Origin: Clostridia bacterium
Lineage (GTDB): Bacteria; CBDUZB01; JAGLHV01
Assembly: GCA_030637025.1 (NCBI GenBank)
Contig: DAOVVV010000031.1
Coordinates: 1 to 28,292 of the forward strand
Direction: 5' to 3'
DNA: 28,292 nt
Part shown: piece after piece, positions 28,015-28,292 of the stretch
Position numbering within the stretch: the stretch's first letter is position 1
How the letters are laid out: every line of letters begins with the position of its first letter
Program-made: the position numbers and the translations under genes
The notes under the pieces: model-generated
What the model was told of the DNA's origin: nothing
Databases searched by the model: none
The model's input: the letters and a program-made list of their open reading frames with translations, nothing else

Positions 28015-28079
28015 TTTTAATTTTGAAGTTATTAGGAATAAACTTTTGAAAGTAATATTTCTATCTTTTTTATAAGAAG

Positions 28080-28108
28080 AATATAACAAATTTTTTCTTG
28101 ATTGGCAA
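28080..28108 (-). promoter_or_regulatory. Putative sigma70-type promoter for the sensor gene
   Basis: On the - strand, TTGCCA (28108-28103), a 17-nt spacer, then TATATT (28085-28080) with an extended -10 TG. Confidence 0.6.
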
Positions 28109-28151
28109 ATAGTTTTTTTGAACGAATATAAATAAAAATCCCCCCAACCCC

Positions 28152-28292
28152 CACTACTGTCCCGATGTTTTTGCCTTTAAAATAAGGGCATTTGAGCATC
28201 TGGCTCTGTTCTTTGAATATCAAAATCTGAAAATGCCTGTAAAAGCGGTGTTTTTTCAAATGTGGATATACTTAAAATTTGTAGAATTGTGT
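28152..28292 (-). mobile_element. Right end of an IS4-family insertion sequence (continues beyond the window)
   Basis: Transposase-like C-terminus followed 25 nt later by a putative terminal IR ending ...ATCGGGACAGTAGTG (+ strand CACTACTGTCCCGAT from 28152). Confidence 0.72.
28177..28292 (-). CDS. IS4-family transposase, C-terminal fragment
   Basis: Frame from 28290 reads TILQILSISTFEKTPLLQAFSDFDIQRTEPDAQMPLF*, resembling from memory the (Y)TILQILS..LFEKTP..QA C-terminus of DUF4372-associated IS4 transposases. Not in the ORF track. Confidence 0.75.
   Translation of the reverse strand, partial: TILQILSISTFEKTPLLQAFSDFDIQRTEPDAQMPLF

Noticed and set aside
28032-28259. 75-aa minus-strand ORF
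   Set aside because: It is out of frame with the transposase tail and crosses the IS end and the promoter.
1-28292. CRISPR array, tRNA or rRNA genes
   Set aside because: No regularly spaced direct repeats, cloverleaf or rRNA-like sequence seen in the intergenic regions.

Overview
AT-rich bacterial window, possibly Elusimicrobiota-like (inference only). On the + strand it holds the 3' end of tuf, the S10-spc-alpha ribosomal superoperon (rpsJ to rplQ, including secY, adk, map, infA, rpmJ and rpoA; rpmD/L30 is absent), then mreBCD-mrdA-rodA. A partial Tad pilus locus follows: a TadZ/CpaE-like pseudo-ATPase fused to TadA/CpaF, a B-box-like Zn-finger/DUF4870 membrane protein, tadB and tadC. On the - strand are a TM-Cache-TM-HAMP-PAS sensor with no output domain and the right end of an IS4-family element. 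The most unusual observations are an ~87-aa Lys/Glu-rich repeat extension on S10/NusE, nested palindromic elements with 3-bp duplications (a 141-bp MITE inserted in the loop of a REP hairpin and itself carrying a REP doublet), and the fused or accessory Tad genes with a structured upstream region.
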